From Promethearchaeota archaeon (GTDB lineage Archaea; Asgardarchaeota; Odinarchaeia; Odinarchaeales; JBHLKK01), in the NCBI GenBank assembly GCA_048939465.1, contig JBHLPL010000084.1, positions 1 to 8,429 of the forward strand: a stretch of 8,429 nucleotides of DNA, given 5' to 3'. Below the pieces are notes generated by a model that saw nothing but the letters and a program-made list of their open reading frames with translations, made no database searches and was not told the DNA's origin. This document shows positions 1-3,602 of the stretch, one piece after another. Positions within the stretch are counted from its first letter, which is position 1, and each line of letters begins with the position of its first letter. Both the position numbers and the translations under genes were made by a program.

Positions 1-53
1 GATGAACCCAATTATCTTGAGAAAAGTTTTTTGTAAAAGGAATGGGATCACTC

Positions 54-77
54 AGTCAAAGGAATAGGTTTTTGACT
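54..77. terminator. Possible terminator hairpin at the PAC2 gene end
   Basis: AGTCAAA (54-60) and TTTGACT (71-77) form a 7-bp inverted repeat with a 10-nt loop, overlapping the PAC2 stop codon. T-runs occur on both strands nearby. The function is a guess. Confidence 0.2.
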
Positions 78-864
78 AGCTTATGTATGATTGACGGTCT
101 GAGCCTTCAGGGATTCTTTTATCAAGACGACCCCTAAGCTTCTCAAAGGCGCGCTCCATGGTCACAATCTGCTTGTCCAGTGCACTCACATCAATCCCGA
201 TATTGAACCATTTACCTAATATATCGACAATTGCCCTAGAGGCCTTTGGGTCCGTCGCCAAAATAGGCATTGTCTCCGCTAGTAAACAGACTCCGTCAAT
301 CCCATATTTGGCTTTTCCCCAAGCGGGGATTATACCATTTGCACCCATAATGACTCCTTCACCCATTACCTTGCATTGCTCAAGTTTCGTAAAGACATCA
401 AGAAGCTCGCGGGAAGTTGAGGAAACGAAAATGCTGGGCTCGGAAGAAACATTCTCTGTGACATACGCTCCTGTTGAAACAATAGTCTTCACACCGTGAG
501 ACTTGCAGAAGTTGCTAATGTAATCCGAAAATACAAATATACCGAGAGAAGTTGTTGGTTGAAAGTCGCCGCTTATGATGAATAAATCATTGACTCCTTT
601 TGGATTTTTCCAGAAGTAGATTGTTGATCGCGGTACGTGAAGCTTTCCATCTGCCCCCACAGCAACCTGGGCTGGGAAATCGTGGTAGAAAATCAAGGCG
701 ACCTTCTCAGCCTTTAGGCTTTCAGCGATGCTTAGAACAGCCCCTTTGCCGACCATTGCTATTCCAGGTAGCCCTACGATAGCCACAGGGTTATTTAACT
801 TAGCATGATCTAGTTTCTTCAGTATTTCTGTACGGGGCCCATTCATTCGGTGCACATTCTTCAC
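76..864 (-). CDS. PAC2-family proteasome assembly chaperone-like protein (COG2047/TIGR00162 type)
   Basis: N-terminal IVGLPGIAMVGK (family motif GLPGxGxVGK), YHDFPAQV, IISGDFQP, GANGII, GVCLLAET, DPKAS, and a C-terminal ..SYIS matching the YIG-type tail. The start is either GTG at 864 (overlapping AAGGAGTG) or ATG at 846. Confidence 0.9.
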   Translation of the reverse strand: MKNVHRMNGPRTEILKKLDHAKLNNPVAIVGLPGIAMVGKGAVLSIAESLKAEKVALIFYHDFPAQVAVGADGKLHVPRSTIYFWKNPKGVNDLFIISGDFQPTTSLGIFVFSDYISNFCKSHGVKTIVSTGAYVTENVSSEPSIFVSSTSRELLDVFTKLEQCKVMGEGVIMGANGIIPAWGKAKYGIDGVCLLAETMPILATDPKASRAIVDILGKWFNIGIDVSALDKQIVTMERAFEKLRGRLDKRIPEGSDRQSYIS

Positions 865-894
865 TCCTTACTGGAAAATGGAGGCAAACTCTCC

Positions 895-901
895 TTAAAA
901 A
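895..901 (-). promoter_or_regulatory. Candidate TATA box for the PAC2 gene
   Basis: TTTTTAA on the minus strand, about 30 nt upstream of the GTG at 864, which is compatible with archaeal TATA spacing. AT-rich motifs like this also arise by chance. Confidence 0.3.
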
Positions 902-922
902 GCTATTGAATATGCATATTTC

Positions 923-930
923 AAGAAAGA
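923..930 (-). terminator. Candidate T-rich terminator that followed the original stop of the longin/DENN gene
   Basis: TCTTTCTT on the minus strand lies 4 nt after the reconstructed original TGA (937-935). The IS insertion now separates it from the gene. Confidence 0.25.
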
Positions 931-934
931 CTGT

Positions 935-938
935 TCAT
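935..938 (+). other. Inferred target tetranucleotide/TAM (TCAT; TTCAT with 934) of the IS200/IS605 insertion
   Basis: It lies 15 nt before GAGA (954-957), which sits at the foot of the left-end hairpin. This gives the +16..+19 guide geometry known for IS608. GAGA pairs with TCAT by the IS608 rule (guide 1,2,4 with cleavage 2,1,4). Joining 938 to 1317 restores an in-frame stop for the neighbouring gene. Confidence 0.65.
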
Positions 939-953
939 TTGAAACACCTCGAG

Positions 954-977
954 GAGACTCCATCCTGAAGGACGAAG
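954..977 (+). repeat. Left-end subterminal hairpin with guide tetranucleotide
   Basis: GAGA-CTCCATCC-TGAA-GGACGAAG, with 6 of 8 stem pairs intact. Positions 955-977 match the minus-strand hairpin at 3102-3080 at 18 of 23 positions without gaps. Confidence 0.65.
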
Positions 978-1022
978 AGGAACTCAGGTTAACATTAAAT
1001 GGGTCCGTCAAATGATTAGAAT

Positions 1023-1237
1023 CTCGAAGTAGTTTATGTCAGCCCTAACTACACCAGCAAAGAATGTAACAGATGTCACTGTAGAGACACTTCCCGACAT
1101 TAGGATGCCCAGAATGCAAGGTGTGCGGACACACCCCCAACTCGGACCTGAATGGTGCAAGAAACACAGCCCGACGCTACATGCGGATTACCAAGCTGGG
1201 CTTTTGTAAACAAGCCCCCCGATTTAGCGTGTTGTGA
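1023..1237 (+). pseudogene. tnpB: tnpB C-terminal remnant (zinc finger plus RuvC-III), truncated and frameshifted
   Basis: The frame from 1023 reads LEVVYVSPNYTSKECNRCHCRDTSRH* (TnpB VxPxYTSxxCxxC). After a frameshift at about 1101-1103, the frame from 1103 reads GCPECKVCGHTPNSDLNGARNTARRYM...SVL* (CxxCG..NxDxNAAxN, with the RuvC-III Asp at 1145). RuvC-I/II and the N-terminus are absent. Confidence 0.9.
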
Positions 1238-1336
1238 AGTCGAGACTATCCCTAACGGCATAAGATTGATACCGAGCACAGCTACAAACTTCATTTGTTA
1301 GGGCGGAGTAGCTTACGATTCAGTAGGATTCGTGAA
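1198..1336 (+). ncRNA. TnpB omegaRNA/reRNA-like scaffold (to 1316) plus flank-derived guide (about 1317-1336)
   Basis: Hairpin GGGCTT-TTGTAAAC-AAGCCC (1198-1217). Long stem TAGC/GCTA (1225-1228 with 1281-1284) plus GTGTT/AGCAC (1229-1233 with 1275-1279). Terminal hairpin then TAGCTTAC. This layout matches IS605-type tnpB 3' ends as I recall them. The 5' boundary and expression are unknown. Confidence 0.62.
1285..1316 (+). repeat. Right end of the element (degenerate hairpin plus terminal TTAC)
   Basis: ACTTCATTT-GTT-AGGGCGGAGT-AGC-TTAC. The stem now relies on several G-T pairs and has one mismatch. Positions 1286-1316 match 3102-3072 (minus) at 22 of 31 positions without gaps. Confidence 0.8.
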
Positions 1337-2236
1337 TCGAGACTCAATATCAGGCACTCGGATTTCAGCAAGCCCGATGACTTTCGAAACCATGGTCTCT
1401 TCTATGTCCAATTCTCTAATTAACTCGTCTTTTGTGATTTTCTCTTTAAACCGGACTATGTTACTAATCCTAGTAACATAGCTATACAAACGACTAATTC
1501 TATTCTTGAGAATTTCAAGTGCTCTTGGATCTTCCATATCTTTTACCTCCAAAATAATCTGAAGCAGGGAGGTCATCCAAGACACATTCTCTGGTTTCGA
1601 GATTCCATGTTTCTCGAACAGTCCAGTATCAACATAGTACACAATATATCTGTCTGGTCTTTTAACAGAGGGGAGCTCATCCAGTTTGACGCCTATCAAT
1701 TGGGATTCTTCTAAATTATCCTCTTCAGTTAGCTGCGCTATTGAAACACTCTCAGGAGAGATGCTGGACAAAGTGCAAAGCAAGATACGGACTTCAATCT
1801 TATTATCCCCAACAATGAAGATTTTATCACCATTGACCAAGTGATAGATGAGCTTTGCAAGATCACCAGCAGAAACGACCTTCAGAGTGTCCTCTATCGA
1901 TTTTAGCGTAGCGATATCAATCATTGAAAACATATTGCGTTTATTGATATTTAGAATGAATGCGAGCGATATTTGGGATAGACGCCAGTTGATTTCTGAC
2001 CTTGAATAGTCCCTACTACTAACAACTATTAATATGTAATCACTCATCTTTTTGAACCAGAAGGTGAAATCGCTTGTGGATATTTCTTCAACGCTCTGAC
2101 CGGTTAATATGTTGAGGAAGCTATTTTGAGCGCTGAAATATCCAGAGATTAGGGTGGGATCAACTGCGATGCTTCCGTACACTCTAGAAACAAGGGGGAT
2201 CCCATCTGTCTCCAAAATGTAAACATTGTGTATCAT
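1313..2236 (-). CDS. Longin-domain protein with a DENN/folliculin-like central domain (307 aa)
   Basis: MIHNVYILETDGIPLVSRVYGS..DPTLISGYFSAQNSF..EEISTSDFTFWFKK..YILIVVS fits the longin beta-beta-alpha-beta-beta-beta-alpha pattern. LIYHLVNGDKIFIVGD..VRILLCTLSSISP (1852-1754) resembles the DENN core helix-strand-helix. I place the start at ATG 2236 rather than 2392. The ORF is solid, the longin call is likely, and the DENN call is less certain. Confidence 0.75.
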   Translation of the reverse strand: MIHNVYILETDGIPLVSRVYGSIAVDPTLISGYFSAQNSFLNILTGQSVEEISTSDFTFWFKKMSDYILIVVSSRDYSRSEINWRLSQISLAFILNINKRNMFSMIDIATLKSIEDTLKVVSAGDLAKLIYHLVNGDKIFIVGDNKIEVRILLCTLSSISPESVSIAQLTEEDNLEESQLIGVKLDELPSVKRPDRYIVYYVDTGLFEKHGISKPENVSWMTSLLQIILEVKDMEDPRALEILKNRISRLYSYVTRISNIVRFKEKITKDELIRELDIEETMVSKVIGLAEIRVPDIESRFTNPTES

Positions 2237-2416
2237 CAAAAATCGCCATTTCCGAGGTTCATGAGGTGCTCTTGCTTCGTAATAATTAATGTTTCTTAAG
2301 AATATTAAGTTGTGGGTTTCATAGAGCTGTGAATAGTCTACAACTAGATTACTCTGAACTTCAAATAGAAGAAGGATAGAATACGACACCATAAGAACTG
2401 CTGGAAGTTATTAAGA

Positions 2417-2887
2417 TTGAAGGGTATTTACACTCTGTTGTTTGGAGTTTCAGAAACAATGCAAATCAGAGTCGGAAGCTTGGGAGTAGTCAGAGTTGAG
2501 AGTGGTGTTTATGCCTATACTGGCTCGGCGCTGGGCAGCGGAGTATCAAGTCTAGAGTGTAGAATAAGAAGACATCTCTCAGAGAAGAAAAGAACCTTTT
2601 GGCACATCGACTATCTCCTGATGCATGAAAAATCACGAATCATTGAGGTCATCTATGCTAAAACCGACCAGAATGTAGAATGTGAGGTTTTTAAAAAGCT
2701 TAGTAGGCGTTCCGGAGTTACTATTCCCGTTGAAGGATTTGGTGCTTCCGACTGCAAGAGTAAATGCGATAGTCATCTCTGCTTTATCAAGACAAGTGTG
2801 GGAGAAGCACTGCGGACGATTATGGATTGCTATCGAGAAGCAAAACAGGAACCAGAGAGATGGAAAGGCAAGGTACTAAAACGTTAA
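2417..2887 (+). CDS. DUF123 / GIY-YIG (Uri superfamily, COG1833) endonuclease
   Basis: GIYTL, GVYAYTGSA, RIRRH, WHIDYL, conserved Glu in ECEV, and GFGASDC..CDSHL. TTG start. Confidence 0.92.
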   Translation: MKGIYTLLFGVSETMQIRVGSLGVVRVESGVYAYTGSALGSGVSSLECRIRRHLSEKKRTFWHIDYLLMHEKSRIIEVIYAKTDQNVECEVFKKLSRRSGVTIPVEGFGASDCKSKCDSHLCFIKTSVGEALRTIMDCYREAKQEPERWKGKVLKR

Positions 2888-3071
2888 CGTTTAAGCTCAC
2901 GTCATTGGCGAGAACTCTGACTGCAGAGATCTATTCCGCATAAATACTGAAAATAGATAGTGATTTAGAAGCTTAAGTTCCTTTACGGCGTCAACCTTCC
3001 AGCTGCATTGCGGGCATAAGGATTCTTCACACCGCCTGACCCTTCCACTACTTCATGAATTCTGGGGGTAT

Positions 3072-3104
3072 GTGAACTACTCCATCCTTTCGGATGAAGT
3101 CTTC
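3072..3104 (-). mobile_element. Isolated IS200/IS605 end, most likely a right end
   Basis: The minus strand reads GAAG-ACTTCATCC-GAAA-GGATGGAGT-AGT-TCAC: a 9-bp stem with one G-T pair, a GNRA loop and terminal TCAC. GAAG pairs with TCAC under the IS608 guide rule. No tnpB lies upstream of it. Confidence 0.7.
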
Positions 3105-3168
3105 TTGCAAAGAAGAAGACAAAAAGCCACCTTCCAATAGTAAGTCCTTAAGGCTATTGTTATAACTT

Positions 3169-3513
3169 CTACTTCCTGACCTTCAGAGGAAGCTTCCTGA
3201 AGAATGATTTTGTAGCAGATAGCAATCTGGAGATGACATTGTCATATTTGGCCAGTGAAACCGAGATATCTGAAGAAAGGGATAGAACAGTAAATATTCC
3301 TTGTTCAGTTTTAAGTGCGCTGGATGATATTTCAACTTTCTTGAATCCTTCTCTCTTAAAAACTTCTTTTGCATCCTCAATCTCCATGAATTCCCAGATG
3401 TTGACAGGGGGATGAAATTCTATCTTTAGGTTACACTTCGTGAGATTCTTTATCTCCTGGAATTTTATGGTAATCCGTGTAGGCGAAAATCTTCCAGACG
3501 GACTAGGCAACAA
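3169..3513 (-). CDS. Hypothetical protein (about 114 aa)
   Basis: Open frame with GGAGG 4 nt upstream of TTG 3513 (7 nt upstream of TTG 3510), protein-like composition, and no overlap with other credible genes. I recognise no family. Confidence 0.7.
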   Translation of the reverse strand: MLPSPSGRFSPTRITIKFQEIKNLTKCNLKIEFHPPVNIWEFMEIEDAKEVFKREGFKKVEISSSALKTEQGIFTVLSLSSDISVSLAKYDNVISRLLSATKSFFRKLPLKVRK

Positions 3514-3555
3514 GAATCCTCCGTTCAGTCCTTAATATTCCTAGAGTGAGAGAGC

Positions 3556-3572
3556 CTTTTATGCTTTTCTTT
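3556..3572 (-). promoter_or_regulatory. Candidate BRE/TATA for the 114-aa gene
   Basis: The minus strand reads AAAGAAAAG-CATAAAAG (a purine run, then a TATA-like box), about 35 nt upstream of the GGAGG. Confidence 0.3.
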
Positions 3573-3602
3573 TGATTCTCGGAGCAAGACTTCAGCAAGA
3601 TT

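Larger units (their letters stand above)
939..1316 (+). mobile_element. Non-autonomous, internally deleted IS200/IS605 (IS605/IS1341-type) element, 378 bp
   Basis: It has a left-end hairpin (958-977), a tnpB C-terminal remnant (1023-1237), omegaRNA-like stems (1198-1286) and a right end GGGCGGAGTAGCTTAC finishing at 1316. No tnpA is present. The empty-site reconstruction supports both boundaries. Confidence 0.8.

Noticed and set aside
1-66. Possible 3' end of a plus-strand gene (DEPNYLEKSFL* or MNPIILRKVFCKRNGITQSKE*)
   Set aside because: It is too short and cut by the window edge, and the frame cannot be chosen.
158-782. Plus-strand ORFs 158-499 and 600-782
   Set aside because: They are antisense shadows of the well-supported PAC2 gene and have no motifs.
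978-987. AGGAACTCAG read as a TCAG-type right end of a separate element
   Set aside because: It resembles such ends, but the left-end reading gives exact guide geometry and a stop-restoring empty site, so it is preferred. It is not fully excluded.
1100-1294. 64-aa minus-strand ORF
   Set aside because: It is antisense to the tnpB remnant and omegaRNA, lies within the IS, and has no recognisable family.
950-1310. RNase P RNA or SRP RNA in the PAC2 upstream region
   Set aside because: The universal RNase P (GAGGAAAGUCC..) and SRP motifs are absent. TnpB motifs and IS ends explain the region.
2293-2352. Short palindromes TTCTTAAGAA (2293-2302) and TAGTCTA/TAGATTA (2335-2352) in the divergent promoter region
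   Set aside because: They are short, AT-rich and unrelated to each other, which is consistent with chance.
2237-2392. 52-aa N-terminal extension of the longin/DENN ORF
   Set aside because: The longin signature starts at MIHNVY (2236). The extension crosses AT-rich DNA that must hold the divergent promoters.
3048-3071. Plus-strand ACTTCAT..GGGGGTA as a fourth IS hairpin
   Set aside because: Only the left-arm heptamer matches, pairing is poor, and there is no terminal tetranucleotide.
3040-3075. Stop-codon replacement at the second IS end (plus-strand TGA at 3073-3075)
   Set aside because: The frame is closed by TGA at 3037 and holds only MNSGGM, so no gene uses this stop.
2985-3170. CRISPR array
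   Set aside because: There is no 23-47 bp conserved repeat, only a 7-mer recurs, and there are no cas genes.
3181-3202. Palindrome AGGAAGCTTCCT with CTTC/GAAG flanks
   Set aside because: It lies inside the coding sequence of the 114-aa gene, with no evidence of function.
2682-3415. ORFs 2682-2879, 3183-3380 and 3233-3415
   Set aside because: They are alternative-frame or antisense overlaps of better-supported genes.
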